From contig NW_025215087.1 in assembly GCF_004010195.1 (NCBI RefSeq), forward strand, positions 1-58,159: a DNA stretch of 58,159 nt, in the 5' to 3' direction. Position 1 is the stretch's first letter; each line of letters begins with the position of its first letter. Positions 34,345 to 48,106 of this stretch are shown piece after piece. Both the position numbers and the translations under genes were made by a program. The DNA is from Chiloscyllium plagiosum (lineage: Eukaryota). The notes under the pieces are model-generated. The model did not search any database. It saw only the letters and a list, made by a program, of their open reading frames with translations, and was not told where the DNA came from.

Positions 34345-35883
34345 AGGTCCCAGCGGCTGTCGCACCGTCTCTTTGAGGAAGCTACTATTCAATTCATTAA
34401 TCAACCTGCCCCGCCAAGAATTACCATTGTCTTCTATCAGTTTTACTTTTCCATAATAAAGCCTGGGACATTCATTATGGAGACATGGGAACAGTCTGAT
34501 CCCACCATCTGCAGGCACATCCATGTCACGAGGAACTAGCCCTTCTACAACGAGGCCATCGCCCTCCGAGCCTTTTAGTGTAGTGTCTCTTCCCGACTTT
34601 TCTCTTTGGTCCCGAGCCGAAAAGGGGTTTGAATTCCTGATGTGCAGAGAATTCTTTCAATGTCTCAGATCAGTTCATGTCCAGAGAATCTCCCGGCCTC
34701 TTAAACAAAGGGACAATGTCTGGACTGTCTCTGCTCAGTCGAACAGTTCATCCTTCATTCTCCTCTAATTCCACTTCCCAAAGAGTTTCCAAAGATGCAC
34801 AAAGCTGGAGACTGGGATTTCTGTTTCACTTCCTGAACATTTTTCCAGCTGCTGACTGACAATATTTTGCCCAAAACCCTTCCCCATTGTAACACTTGTA
34901 TCATGTCCAGGTCTGAGGAATTTGAACTTTATGGAGACATTTCCCAAGTTTGGGAATGTTCTCTTTGGAGCAAAGAATGTTAACTGGAGATTCCCAGGGG
35001 CTGTTGGCAATGATGGAGCAGAAGTGGTGGAAATGGGCAGATTAATGATCAGAAGAACCTATTGTCACTGACTAGGGTCAGTTACCAGAGGACAGGGATT
35101 GAAGTTCTTTAATGGAAAGCAGCACTTGTGTAGAACAAACACACCGAATACTGCAGAAAGCAAACGGGTCGAGCAGCATCTGTGGAAAGGTAAAGAGAGC
35201 CGACGTTTTGATCGTGCTACGGTTTTTGTTCAGAACTCAGTGTTTTGCCTCTTCCCGAAGTTGGTCCAGGTCTGTGTCTCAATTGGCAAACACATGGCAA
35301 GTCCAGTGCCGCAATGTGAAGTTATAGCCTTTGCTGTTTTAAAAAAAAAGCAGTGCATTGTTTAAATGGTGATATATTGGAATGTGGAGAAAGTGAGGAC
35401 GAGAGGTGAAAGGCGAAAAATGTGGCACTGGAAAAGCACAACAGGTCAGGCAGCATCTGAGGAGCAGGACAGTGAACGTTTCGGGCACAAGCCCTTTATC
35501 AGGAATGATGTATGGATGTACAAAGGGGTCTCAGAGTCCCTCCACACCAGTCAATGCCAGTTGTCGGGCAGATGCAGCAGGCAATGAGCGAGGCAAATGG
35601 TATATTACGAAGAGGAATTGAGTTCAGAAGTGGGGTCATTTTACATAATCAAAGCTAAGGTCATCTGAGTTTTGAACGACAAAGAAGTGGATGGTTATGG
35701 GAGGAGGTAAGAAAATGGTTTTAAGACCAGTACAGGTCAGTCACAGAGTCAGACAGCACTGAACAGATGCTGAGTATGTTCTCAAACTAAACTCGTCCCA
35801 CCTACCAGTGTTTGGCCCATAAATCTTCGAATCTTTCGTATTCATGTACTTATACAAATGTCTTTTAAACGTTGTAACTGTAC

Positions 35884-36252
35884 GTGTATAAAGTCATGAG
35901 GGGCATGGATAGGATAAATAGACAAAGTCTTTTCCCTGGGGAGGGGGAGTCCAGAACGAGAGGGCATGGGTTTAGCGTTAGAGGGGAAAGATACAAAAGA
36001 GATCTAAGGGGCAACTTTTTCACGCAGACGATGGTACATTTATTGAATGAACTGCCAGAGGAAGTGGTGAAGTCTAGTACGATTACAATATTTAAAAGGC
36101 CTTTGGTTAGGTATATGAATAGGAAGGGTTTGGAAGGATATGGGGCCGTGTGCTGTCAGGTAGGACTAGATTGGGTTGGGATAGTTGGTCGGCATGGACT
36201 AGTTGGACCAAAAGGTCTGTTTCTGTGCTGTACATCTCCATGACTCTATGAC
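35884..36252 (+). mobile_element. Relatively young CR1 3' fragment inserted in an older antisense CR1
   Basis: Uninterrupted VYKVMRGMDRINRQSLFPGEGESRTRGHGFSVRGERYKRDLRGNFFTQTMVHLLNELP frame plus tail; absent from paralog B. Confidence 0.85.
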
Positions 36253-37029
36253 TTCCTCTGTGCATTCATTCTGCACTCAGACCACTCTCTTAAAAAATGC
36301 TTGTCCTGTCTTTATAAAATCTTTCTCTACTCACCTCAAAATATTTGTTCCCTGATCCTGAAACCCCCAGCTGAGGGAAAGGACACCTGCTGTTCACCTC
36401 ATCCGTATCCCTCATGATTTTATAATCCTCTTTCAGGTCACCTCTCAATCTCCTATGTTCCAGTGAGAAAAGTTCCAGCCTATCCACCCAAGGTGTAGGT
36501 ATATTCATATCCAATTATGAAATGTTCAATGCTGGTGCAGGCTGGAAAGATCAAGTGGTCTACTCCTGCTCCCAATTTATCCTGGCTGTTACGTTTCTCA
36601 GCCCCATTCTCCCGTTTTTCCCCGCAACTCTCAACCCTTGATACTCTATCTCAGTGTGAAACATAGTACCTGGTCTCCACAGCTTTCTGTGACAATGAAT
36701 GCCATAGATTCACCACTTTCTGGATAAAGAAATTTCTCCTAATCTCCATTCTCCCTTTATGCTGAGGCCATGCCCATGGGTATTAGTCTCTCCTCCCAAT
36801 GAAAACATCTTCCCATGTCCGCTCTGTCCAGGCTGTTCAATATTCTGTACATTTCAGTTAGATCCACCTTGAATGTGGGTCTGTTAATCAGCATGAACCA
36901 AACCCTTCAGGATGAGGACAGCAGGGATTAGGTTCAACAAAGTGAGAATGGAGGGAGAGTGTGTGAGATGGAGATTTTCAGCTTTTAGGGAATAAGATGG
37001 GAAAGAAAGTTTGATATAAATTATAATTG

Positions 37030-37850
37030 ATCAGATGAGCCGAAGGGCCAAGGAGTGGCGGATGGAATTTAATTTAGAAAAACATGAGCTGATGCATTTT
37101 GATGAGGCAAATCTGGGCAGGACCGATGTGGTTAATGGTAAGTTCCTGGGGGTGTTGCTGAGCAAAGAAATCTTGGAAAGCAGGTTCATAGTTCCTTGAA
37201 AGTGGAGTTGCAAAAAGGCAGGATAGCAAAGAAGGCGTTTGGTACGCTTTCCTTTATTGGTCAGAACACTGTGTATAGGAGTTTGGAGGTAATGTTGTGG
37301 CTGCACAGGACATTGTAAAGGCCACTTTTGGAATACTGCACTCAGTTCTGGTTTCCCTGCTGTCGGAAAGGTGTTGTGAAACTTGAAAGGGTTCGGAAAA
37401 GATTCAGGAGGTTGTTGCCAGAGTTAGAGGGTTTGAGCTACAGGGAGAGGCTGAATAGGCTGGGGCTGTATTCCCTGGAGCATCTGTGACCATTCGAAGT
37501 TTAAAAGAGGCATGTATAGGGGGAATAACGGAGATCTTTTCCCCAGGATATGGGAGTCCTAAAGGAGAGAGTATAAGTTTGAGGTGAGGGGGGAAGACTT
37601 TAAAGGGACCTGAGAGGCAGCGTTTTCATGCAGAGGGTGATGTGTGTATGGAACGAGCTGCCAGAGGAAATAGTGGAGGCTGGTACAATTACAATATTTA
37701 AAGGCATCTGGATGGGTACATGAATAGGAAGGGTTGAGAGGGTTATGGGCCAAATGCTGGCAAATGGGTCGAAATTAATTTTGGATATCTGGTTGGCACG
37801 GACGAGTTGGACGAAAGGTCTGTTTCCGTGCTGCATGACTCGAATGATCT
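37030..37850 (+). mobile_element. CR1 LINE 3' ~0.8 kb fragment
   Basis: EWRMEFNLEK..MHF, PLLEYCTQFWFP and WNELPEE motifs. Confidence 0.85.
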
Positions 37851-40396
37851 TTGGTGAAAACAGAAGTGTCATTGTGAAGAGTGGACTTTCAGAAGCAGCT
37901 TTCAAAGATGTTTTGCCCTTACGAGGAGCAGAAATCTTCCGTTTGTGAGAAAGCAGCTGGGGAATGAGTACATCCAGGATTTTGTTAGAAAGTGGAAATG
38001 AAGTGTTTTAAGTTTTACCGGCGGTATGTACAGTGTGCTGAGCGGGGAGCCTAGTTAAGGGTTAGGTAGGTTTTTGTTTTAAATTGCTCATTTCTGTCAG
38101 GCTCCAACATTGTATTTCCAATGCTGTCAATCAGAAGGTGCAGTAAATCAGTAACTGGTATCGTTAGAAGCCTTACGATTTTCAGTACTGCAGGTATTGC
38201 ATTGTTTCACCAGCATTGTAAAGGTTACTGGCAGCAGCAGCAGGTGTAGGCTGTATTCACTAGAAATGATTAAGCATTTAGATAACACACATACAAGAGG
38301 GCAAGGTGGGACTTGTCTTTCGATTTGTGGAAGATGGGACATTCTGGGTGTGCGATCTGGGGCAAACATAGCTGCAGTATATCATTGAATCCCTACAGTG
38401 TGGAAGCAGGCCATTCAGGCCATCAAGTCCACACTGAGCCCTCCAAACACATACCACCCAGACACACCTCCCAACCACTCCACCATCACCACCCCATTAG
38501 GTCTTTTCTGCTGGTGTGTGCGAGTAGACTGCAAGATTAGGGGGGAGTAGAATTCGGACAGAGACGAGGAGGAGCTGCTTTTCCCAGAGGGCGGTGCATC
38601 TATGGAATTCTGTGCTCAAGGAAGCAGTAGAGGCAGCTTCATTAAGACACTGTTGGATGGGTTTTTGCGAGGTAGGGGAATTAAGTGTAGTTGGGATAAT
38701 GCAATTAGGAGGAGCTGAGATGATTGATAGATCAGCCATGATTTTAATAAATGGCGGAGCAGGGTCGATGGGCCAAATGGCCTACTCCTTCTATTACTTT
38801 GAAATTATAACCCTGCGTTTCCCATGGCTAACCCACCTAACCTGCACATCCCTGGACACTGGGCAATTTAGCATGGCCAATCCAAATCAAGGCCAGTGAG
38901 CAATGTATGGAAAACAAACACCAGAGAATGATAGAAAGGGACAAGGAGAAAAAATATACCAGCAATCAAATCTGGATTCTAACCATCACAAAAAATTAAA
39001 CGAAAAGCTCAGTATGTGAATGTATGCTGCGTTGTAACCAAAGCGAATTAACTGACTGCACACGTTGAAGAGAATAATTATGATTTGAGACGCCTAACAG
39101 AGATATGGCTTCAGAATGTCAAGGATTGGATCCGGAACATCGAGGGGATACGTGGCATTCAAGTCGCGTGGGAAACTCAGTAAAGGTAGAGGGTGGGCAC
39201 TGCTAATGAAAGCACTGATAACATGGTAGTCTGCTGTCAGCTCGGATTTCAGGTCCTGATTTTCTGTCCTCTTGTCTGCCTGTTCCCACAGAGCTAGATG
39301 TTGTCTGTCCTCAGCTCTGCTTGATTTCTGCTGAAGCTTTGACCCCCTTACACACCTTCTGGAGCAATAAAATATTCTTAGCCTCCTGGAAATGGCACTT
39401 TAGCTATACACCTCCTGATTTTAAAAATCTGTATAAAGTTATCTATCTACTTGCTAGGCTCCGTTGGAAAAATGTCCCAGCTTCTTCTTAACTCAAATCC
39501 TCCATTCCCAGCAACATGCTGGTAAAGTAGGGAATAGGGAAATGTGTCAAATCACATAAATGTACTGTCTGAAACATTCTGGCTGTGTTCTTGCCTGAGA
39601 TATTGAGAGCCCCTGGTGTAAGTAATGACGAATGCAATAATTTTGGTCACAGAATTGAACAATCATTTTGCAACAAAGCTATTTCCTCTAATAAGGAGGT
39701 AGTGGTCATTTCTATGGTAAGTGTACAGTTTGTAGATCAGAGAGATGAAGTTCCAGACACTTGGGAAGGGCAAGAAATGACTGTGATAAATAAGACAAAG
39801 AACTGTGGATGCTGGAAATCTAAAACAAAAACTGAGAACACTGGAAAAACTCGGCAGGACTGGAAGCATACGTGGAGAGAAAGCAGAGTTAAAGTTTCGA
39901 GTCCAACAACTCCTCTTCAGGATTCTGAAATACTTTGTGAGAACCCCTTAAGTCATCTGCCCAGCTTTAAGACCATAATACACAGCAACAGGATGAGGCC
40001 ATTTAGCCCATCGAGTCTACTCCACCAGTCGATCATGGCTGATATGCTTCTCCATCCCATTCTGCTGCCCTCTCCTCATAACTCTTGACCCCTTCCTAAT
40101 CAAAAACCTATCTCTGTCTTAAATGCCCTCAACGACTTGGCATCTTCAACCCTTCTCCTAGTGGAAACATCATCTCCACATCCACACTATCCAATCATCA
40201 GCGCTGCCTGACCCACTGTGATCTTCAGCATTTGTTGTTTTCTGGAAGGATTCCAGCATCTACAACAATGCGCTTCTAAATTTCGTACCCAGTTGGTTCG
40301 CTCTCCCTGGATCCCGTGAGATTTAACCTTACTCAACAATCCACTGTGTGGTACAATTAACAAAGTTCCCAGTCCCCACCTCTTTCTGCAGACGTA

Positions 40397-40725
40397 GGTA
40401 GCACGATGATTCAGTGGTTAGCACTGCTGCCTTACCGCACCAAGGATCCGCGTTCGATCCCAGCCTTGGGGCGACTAACTGTGTAGAATTTGCACATTCT
40501 CCCTGCCGTGTCTGCGTGGGTTGGGTTTCCTCCGGGTGCTCTGGTTTCCTTCCAAAATCTAACGATGTGCAGTTTTGGGAGAAGTGGCCATACTAGATGG
40601 GCCCACAGTGTGCAATAAATGTCGAGTAATGAGATAAGGGAATGTGTCTGCATGGGTTACACTTTGGATGGTCAGTGTGGACTTGTTGGGCTGAATGGCG
40701 TGCTTCCACATTGTAGGAATTCTAC
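40397..40725 (+). mobile_element. HE1-type SINE
   Basis: GGTAGCACGATGATTCAGTGGTTAGCACTGCTGCC...GTTCGATCCCAGCC head; GGGTTTCCTCCGGGTGCTCTGGTTTCCT core. Confidence 0.8.
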
Positions 40726-42113
40726 GTGGCATTCCCCCAACTCCAGAATCTCAGAACTCTTGGCTTTTTCCTGGACAGTGTTGGGGAGGGAAACAATGTT
40801 TTACACGGGAGGAAGGTTGAGTGAGTGTGAACCCAAAAGTAAACGCAGTGCATTACTTGAGCTGTTTTCCCCGGTATACCAGAGGCTGAGGGGTGACCTT
40901 ACAGACGTTTATAGAGTCATGAGAGGCATGGATAGGGTAAATAGACAAGGTCATTTACCTGGGATGGGAGAAGTCCAGAACAGGAGGATAATATGTTTGG
41001 GGTGAGGGAGGCAAGTGTAAGGCATGATCTGCCGGAGGAAGTAGTGGATGTAGGTCCAATTATAACATTTAAAAGGCGTCTGGATGGGTATATGAATAGG
41101 AAGAGTTCAGAGGGATATGGGTCGAGTGCGGGTAAATGAGACGAGATTAATTTAGGCTATCTGGTCGGCACGGATGAGTTGGACTGAAGGACCTGTTTTT
41201 GTGCTGTGTATCTCAATGACTCTGGCTTGCCCGTAATGTTTGCGATGCCTGTATGTTCAGTTTCTGTATGGTGTCGGTGCCAATGCCTTGATATCTCATT
41301 TCCGCCAACTCCCAACTTCCACCTCCCCAGATGTTAACCATTCCGTGTCTGGTTGTTTCTCAAGAAGCTGCATTGAAGGTTCATCCTGAATTGACACTTT
41401 TGTTTGCTTCCCAAAATCAGACTTACTCACTCCGAGATATCGTGAAAGATACTAACTTTCAGGTGGAGGTATCCAAAATTCAGAGGTGTCTGTCTTGATG
41501 TTTTCACTTTTCGGTCTCTGTAAGATCCTGAATCAGTACCATGGGGAGAATTAGTTTGAGCGGAGTGAGAAGAGAGGGGTGAGAGGAGGTGGGATGGTGC
41601 TTTCAATTTTGTGGAAAATGAAAAGAATGTTCTGCGAAAAGTAGAATTGCTTGTTTGGAATTTCTAACCTGGACTGACAGTGATGATTTTTGTAATCCCT
41701 TTTTACAGATTATTTGAAGATCTGAAGATGGAAGTTTCAAAATCAATAGATGAAGGGCTTTGCCTGAAACATTGACTCTGTTGCTCCTCGGATGCTGCCT
41801 GATCTGCTGTGATTTTCCAGCATTGCACTTTAACTCTGACTCTCCAGCATTTGCAGTCCTCAATTTCACGTCAATGTCTGACAGTCACTGAATCCATCGG
41901 GACTATAACAATTTTTGACCATGATTCTGTGAGAAGGAACCAAGCTTTTTGGTTCCTGTTTCAGTGCGTTTTCAGCATCAGTGAGACTGGAAGAGAGACC
42001 CTACTGTTGCAGCACTCTGATTGTGGATCCAGTAAATGTTATACCGACTGGGAGGTGGAATTCACGGCAGGGAGGTGCTGTACACGCGTTTGTGTGCAGG
42101 TGAAGATTCGATC

Positions 42114-42805
42114 ATGGAGAAACTCAAGGAATCCCGTCCCGTGGAAAAACTATGGAAGTGTGGCGACTGTCCGTTTCCCATCTGACCTGGAGCCTCATGG
42201 GCGCAGTCACACCGGGGAGAGGCAGTTCTCCTGCTCTGAGTGCCGAAAGGGCGTCAGCAATTCCTCCGTGTGCTGAGACACCCGGGGTCGACACGGGGGA
42301 GAGGCCCTTCTGATGTCCCAACTGCGGGAAGACCTTCAGCAGTTCCTACTTTCTGCAGAGGCACCAGCGGGTCCACACAGGCGAGAGGCCATTCTCCTGC
42401 CCCGAATGCAGGAATTCCTTCAGCTATTCCTCCGTCCTGCTGACCCACCGCCGGGTCCACACAATGGAGAAGCCCTTCAGCTGCTCCAAGTGCGGGAAGG
42501 CCTTCAACGATACCTCTGCCCTGCTGAGGCACCAGCGGGTCCACACCGGGGAGAGGCCGTTCTCCTGCCTCAAGTGCAGGAAGGGCTTTCACCAGGCATC
42601 CCACCTTCGGGTCCATACCGGGGAGAGGCCCTTCCTCTGCTCAGAGTGCGGGCAGGCCTTCAGCAATTCCTCCCACCTGCTGAGGCACAGGCGGGGACCA
42701 TACCGGGGAGAGGCCGTTCACCTGCCCCGAGTGCAGGCGGAGGTTCTCATCATTCTGCACCTTGCAGAAGCACCAGTGGGCACACCAGTGCTCCCAACAA
42801 TCTGA
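42114..42805 (+). pseudogene. C2H2 zinc-finger pseudogene (about 8 fingers); acceptor at 41708
   Basis: MEKLKESRPVEKLWKCGDC then repeated [23 protein letters not shown] units. Frameshifts near 42170, 42272 and 42700 and a TGA at 42311. Confidence 0.9.
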
Positions 42806-43934
42806 TTCTGCTGGTGAAACTGCTGTGGGTCACTGCCAGGACTGAACCCCTGCCCATTCTGACAGTGCTTATAGTGGGAGAGTCTGTCGGATTTTTTTGC
42901 GTTATGCCGTCGTACTCCCTCACCCCCGCAACTTTGCTTCCAGTGGGCGCTGCACTTCGTTGAGCCCAGGTGCTGTTCCCTCTCGTTATTTTCTGTCCAG
43001 TTAAAGAATTTATTGGCTCTGTCTGGGAACGAGTCCCAGTCTGTAAGCAATAGCTGAATACTTCAGGGTGTCCATTTGCATTCAGCATGACTTTTAAATT
43101 AGATTTCCAGTTACGTGTCTGTGAAAAGCTCATAGTCCAAGGATTGCACAAAGGCTTGGCAATCCATTGTTGGAAACTGTTTGTTTGAATTGGTAAGTTT
43201 TTTTTTAAAAATTATTTCTTAATTTGCCGCTTAAGTTTCTGTCTCTGAGATGGTGGGGGACTTGATCAAAGGGTTTAAATCATTGCTATTAATTAGATTA
43301 TCTACTTTAACTATGCCCTAGCAAAGTTACCGTATTTATAATTTGTTGGTTTTTATTTAAATTATAATGTTGACGTGCAAGATCTGTTCTTCATCAAGTC
43401 TGGTTAGGAACAGTTGAGAAATTGAGGGACATTGCATGTTTTAATTTCACTGTGTTGTGAATCTGATGACAGTAACACTCATTTGTATTGGGTTGCTTAG
43501 CCTTAGTTGTAATGTCTTTCACCCCAACTATTCACTATGGTAGTGAGTTCCACAGTCTCACCATACTCTGAGGTTTTTCATGAAATCCTTAGAACAGAAT
43601 TGTAAGGGAAAGTGTTGACGAGGGCAGAATATAGGATCTTAACTGCAAAAGCCAGGAAGTCATTCGACAAAGTAAAACCATGACAATGTAGGGACAAATA
43701 AGGAACTTTGACAGCAATGAAGAGGTCACACGTCAGAGTTCAAGATAATGGTCGCGACAAAAAAACAGTGCTCTGCAGATATTAGACATTGTAATTAAGC
43801 AAGTTTCTAGATGCTGTATTTGGTTGAATACGATAACGTAAGAGATGAAATAACAAACCACGAATGTAATTTGATGTCGGTAACCATAAATCAAGTGTTT
43901 ACTGTTGATTGATATGGGTCAATTGCGTCCAAGT

Positions 43935-44207
43935 AGGCCATTCAGCCCATCGAGTCAACATTGACTGACCGTCCCACTCAGACCCAGTTCGTTACCCTAT
44001 CCCTGTAACCCTACATCTTCCATGGTCAATCTACCCTTACCTGCACATTCTTTGGACTGTGGGAGGAGGCCAGAGCACCAGAGGAAACCAACGCAGACAC
44101 AAGGGAAGAATGTGCAAACTCCACACAGAGAGTCGGCCCGAGGGTGGGATCAAACCCAGGTCACTGATGCCGTGAGGCAGCAGTGCTAACCACCGTGCCA
44201 CCACCAC
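43935..44207 (-). mobile_element. HE1-type SINE
   Basis: Reverse complement GGTGGCACGGTGGTTAGCACTGCTGCCTCACGGC...TGTGTGGAGTTTGCACATTC. Confidence 0.8.
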
Positions 44208-44931
44208 ATGCTGCTCTCTAAAGAAGTGAATTTCAAAGACTCGAGAAGACTTGAGAGAAAAACAAAACTCTCCTATCTTAAATGAGATGCTAGTCTCTGC
44301 CTAGAAATGAGGAGACATTACATTTACATTAAGTCCTCTCCAGATGTTATACAGCTCCATCAGATCATTTGTTTCTTCTAAACCCCAACTGATACAAGCC
44401 CAGCCTGACATCCCCTTGTCCCCGATTATAAGTTGAGTAAATCAGTGACCCTCGACCTCACTGGCATGACACAGGACGACCTCAATCCAAGTTGACCTTA
44501 ACTCTTTAAACTCTTAACCCCACGCCACCATGTGGTCAGTCGCAACTCAGCCCTGAACGAGAGCAGAGGAACGGAATAGACAGCAGTGAGGTGGACATTG
44601 CATTCCCAGAGAATATTATTCACGTGAGAAAGTTGTTCAGCTCACATTCGGATCATTGCAGGGACTATGTCTCCTGTCATTTAAATGTCTTTGATCCCAA
44701 TAACAGTCTAGTTTTGTTGTGTATTGTTTGTGTATTATCAGTGTTTCACTACATGATTTTCTGTTGCTGACATTCCTATTAGGGTGTGTGAATTCAGTAC
44801 CAGATAATAGTCTCAGTTCTGAATTATCCTTGAGGATTGGTGTAGAACGTACTAAGTGTCAGTCATAATGGAAGAAGCGCTAAGGTTTATTTAACCCTTT
44901 GCTGTCATTGTCCTGGAACTGAAGAATTGGG

Positions 44932-45097
44932 GAAGTGTAGAAGGAGTTTTACTCAGTATCTAACCCAGTGCTGTCTCTGTCTTGGCAGTGCTTGTTGGGG
45001 ACAGTGTTGAGGTAGCTTCACTTTCAATTTAAGAGTAGAGGAAGCTTTATTCTGATTGTAATCCCATGCTGTCCTTTTCCTGGGAGTGTGAGATGGC
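44932..45097 (+). repeat. Degenerate minisatellite (2-3 units of ~60-70 bp)
   Basis: Repeated GTGTAGAGGGAGCTTTACTC.GTATCTAACCC.GTGCTGTC.CTGTCCTGGGAGTG-like unit. Confidence 0.5.
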
Positions 45098-45944
45098 ATC
45101 TGTAATTGAAGTGAATGCAGACTTGCTGTGGGAGTGGAGGGTACTTCTACCTGAGCACACCCATCTTTGAGATTGCTGTGCTGATCAAGACACTCTCAGA
45201 CACCTTCATTCACTTTTCCAACCAACCACAGGGTGGTTAAGGATGGTATAAATGCAAGCATTGCCAGCGATGCCCACACACCATGCATGAATAAATACTT
45301 TTTGTTTAAACGTTACATTCACATTCCAAATCCTTTAATGTATGATTACTTACCTGGAAAATTCCTGTCTGTTTGGTATATCATTTTAAAACATAGGAAT
45401 GTGTTAACCATGTAGAAATATAACAAGAACAACAAATGGAGAAGTTAACAGGTAATGAGCAGGACCAGAATGCTGAGTCAATCTGACCTCCATGGCTGAG
45501 AGAGTTCTCCCAAATGTTGAAGTTACACCAGTGCCTTTTACTCCTGCAGCTTCCCCAAACGTTTGTCCCCGATGTAAGATCATTCAATGACCTAGAGAAC
45601 TAACTGTTTTTATCTCCATAGCTGCTGCCAGACTTGCTGAGTAATTCCAGCCCTTCTGTTTTAACCTTTTATGGGATTTGAGCTTCCCTAAGTCAGTGTA
45701 ATGAAGAACTGCAGATTCTGGAGATCTGAAACACAAAAATGCATAAATTGCTGGAGAAACTCAATAGGACTGGCAGCACATGTGGAGAAAGGAGCTGAGT
45801 TAGCATTTCAAGTACTGTGACCATTCTTCACAACTGTTCTGGACGCAGGCCAGGATATTGACTGTTTTTCTCTCTCTCTCTCCACCGGTATTGCCAGACT
45901 GGCTGCGTTTCTCCAGCAATTTCTGTTGTGACACTTTCACAAGG

Positions 45945-46245
45945 TTGATATTTGTAATCCATCCCTAAGTGCAAGGTGTCTTGCTTGTGCCAATTCAGAG
46001 GGCAGTTTAAGAGTCAACCACATTGCTGTGAGTCTGGAGTCACATGTAAGACAGACCAGGTAAGGATGGCAGTTTCCCTCCAGAAGGGACATTGGTGAAC
46101 ATGGGTTTTTATGACTATTGACGTAAGTGCCATCGATACCATACTGAAACTAACTTTGTGTTCCCCATTTATGATTTGAATTATTCACATCTCACCTATT
46201 GCTATGCGGGGATTTGAACTCATGATCCCTGGATGTTTCCTATCA
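45945..46245 (-). mobile_element. Second tRNA-derived SINE family (copies also at ~48146-48400 +, ~6430-6560 -, tail at ~45235-45297 +)
   Basis: Shared TACATGTGACTCCAGAC..AGCAATGTGGTTGACTCTT core and GGTTCAAA.CC B-box-like head. Family not named. Confidence 0.6.
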
Positions 46246-47155
46246 CATTATGTCGACACTGTTGCTTCCCATCCTTTGCTATTTTGTGTTTGCTCTTTAC
46301 GTCTTTGTCCTCTGATGTTTGGGAAATTGAAACTGTTTAAAAGATTGCCCTAAACCTGCCCCTTTGACCAAGTCTTCGGTCACCTGTCCTAATCTGTGCT
46401 CCGGTCTTGTGATTTTTTAAGGAATTCTCATTATGTTCACGTGAAGCACTTTAAGATAGTTAACTGTACTTAAGGTATTATTTGAATGTAGCTTGTATCC
46501 TTATCTTAATATCTGAAAATAGAGGGTCATATTTTAAAAGTAGAAGACAGAAATGAGGATGATTTCCTTTCGTTCTGAGGGTTGTGTGTCTTCCTCAAAA
46601 GACAGTGGATTCAAAATCTTTAAGGCAGAGGTAGATAGATTCTTGATAACCAAGTGGGTGACAGATTGTCGGGGATGTGTAGGAATGTAGAGTTGAGGTT
46701 GAATTCAGATCAGCCATGATCTTATTGAATGTTGCAGCAGGCTAAAAGGGCCGAGTGGCCTACTCCCGCCCATTGTATGTCTGTATCAAGCAGTCTGTGT
46801 CTCCCCTCTGAAAGCTATTGCCTCATGTAGACAATTAATTGAACACCAGATGACCTCCTATTGGGAGCAGGCACATTGTAGCAATTGCAGTATTTCTTGT
46901 GTTAATTTTGTTGTTTCTTACGCAGTGTTGCTGAGAATCTTCTAAATGAAAATAAAAACACTTCTATAATTATCGCACCAATGGAAGTGTTGGTTTGGAT
47001 GTAACATTGTTGAAATAGCCATTCCCATCTTTTCCAGAATTCTGTATTTAAAGCCCTCGAGTCAGGTATCCGCCCCTGAAACAGTTATTATCAAGATCAT
47101 ATTTGACATCCTTTGTAACGGTGACAGAGATGAACATTGCCTCGTCGACCTGCGG

Positions 47156-47571
47156 ACAGCCTTGATCAGGGTTAATGACAGTACTGACCCCCTCCAATAT
47201 CGCTGTATGCTCTGGGAGGGTCTGCTTTTAGCATCTTCCATTCTTATTTGTTTTTCCGTAGCTGCTGGTGTTGGCATCTATACTGATGATATCCAACTGT
47301 GCCTGAACACCACTTCTCTCCCGACTCCTCTGTCATTCATAATTTATCAATAATTTCATCTGAAACAGCCTTGATCAGGGTTAATAACAGTACTGCCCCC
47401 CTCCAATATCGCTGTATGCTCTGGGAGGGTCTGCTTATAGCATCTTCCATTCTTATTTGTTTTCCCGTAGCTGCTGGTGTTGGCATCTATACTGATGATT
47501 CCAACTGTGCCTGAACACCACTTCTCTCCCGACTTCTCTGTCATTTATAATTTACCAATAATTTCATCTGA
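47156..47571 (+). repeat. Tandem duplication (2 x 209 bp) of an old LINE RT relic (L2-like)
   Basis: Units start at 47156 and 47365 and are near identical; each encodes IYTDDIQLCL, resembling YADD.QLY. Confidence 0.8.
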
Positions 47572-47870
47572 TTACCTGCCCAATTTCCAGCACTGGATAA
47601 CCATAAACATTCCCTTAGTTAAATATTGTGAAGTGTGAAGCCATTGTTTTAATCTCCACGTTCGTCCTGACCCCCCGCCCCACCACCGCCCCCCCCAACC
47701 CCAGTAACTCTGTTGACAGCCTTCGTGTCACATTTAAACTAGGATCGATAAATTCGTGATCAGTCGGGGGATGAACAGTTACAGGAAAAGGGCCGGAAAG
47801 TGGATGTGGGGAATGCCAGATCAGCCACGATCCTACTGAATGGAGGAGCAGGCTCAAGAGGCTGAATGGC

Positions 47871-48106
47871 CTCTTTCTATGGATCCCGAGCCCTGACCTC
47901 TGATACAGGTTCTGGCTTCAGTATGTGCCATTACTGAGAGTGTTGATGTTCCCTTGTGTAATATCAACAACTTAGCAGCTGCTGAAACTCTTTCTATGGA
48001 TCCCGAGCCCTTACCTCTGATACAGGGCCCTGACTTCCCTATGTGCCATTACTGAGAGTCCTGATGTTCCCTTGTGTAATATCAACAACTTAGCAGCTGC
48101 TGAAAC
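47871..48106 (+). repeat. Tandem duplication (2 x ~117 bp)
   Basis: CTCTTTCTATGGATCCCGAGCCC...CTTAGCAGCTGCTGAAAC at 47871 and 47988. Confidence 0.85.

Larger units (their letters stand above)
29742..35210 (+). repeat. Segmental duplication E (direct copy at ~54261-57860)
   Basis: Collinear matches throughout (e.g. 30110-30350 vs 54610-54850 and 34271-34344 vs 56923-56996). The second copy lacks ~32506-34270. Confidence 0.9.
35255..39375 (+). repeat. Segmental duplication C (direct copy of ~19855-23290, inverted vs ~1-3365)
   Basis: Collinear blocks, e.g. GTCCAGGTCTGTGTCTCAATTGGCAAACACATGG and CTCGGATTTCAGGTCCTGATT. Carries a copy-specific CR1 insertion at 35884-36252. Confidence 0.88.

Noticed and set aside
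33883..34539. 218-aa ORF (and 179-aa ORF at 33398-33937)
   Set aside because: They cross tRNA genes and short repeats, show no recognisable domain, and are not preserved in the duplicate.
42313..42963. 216-aa ORF and 113-aa ZF ORF (42464-42805) as functional genes
   Set aside because: The first is an off-frame reading of the finger array; the second is an internal piece of a disrupted array that frameshifts before its end.
44524..44557. GCCACCATG Kozak context
   Set aside because: Followed by a stop after 8 codons.
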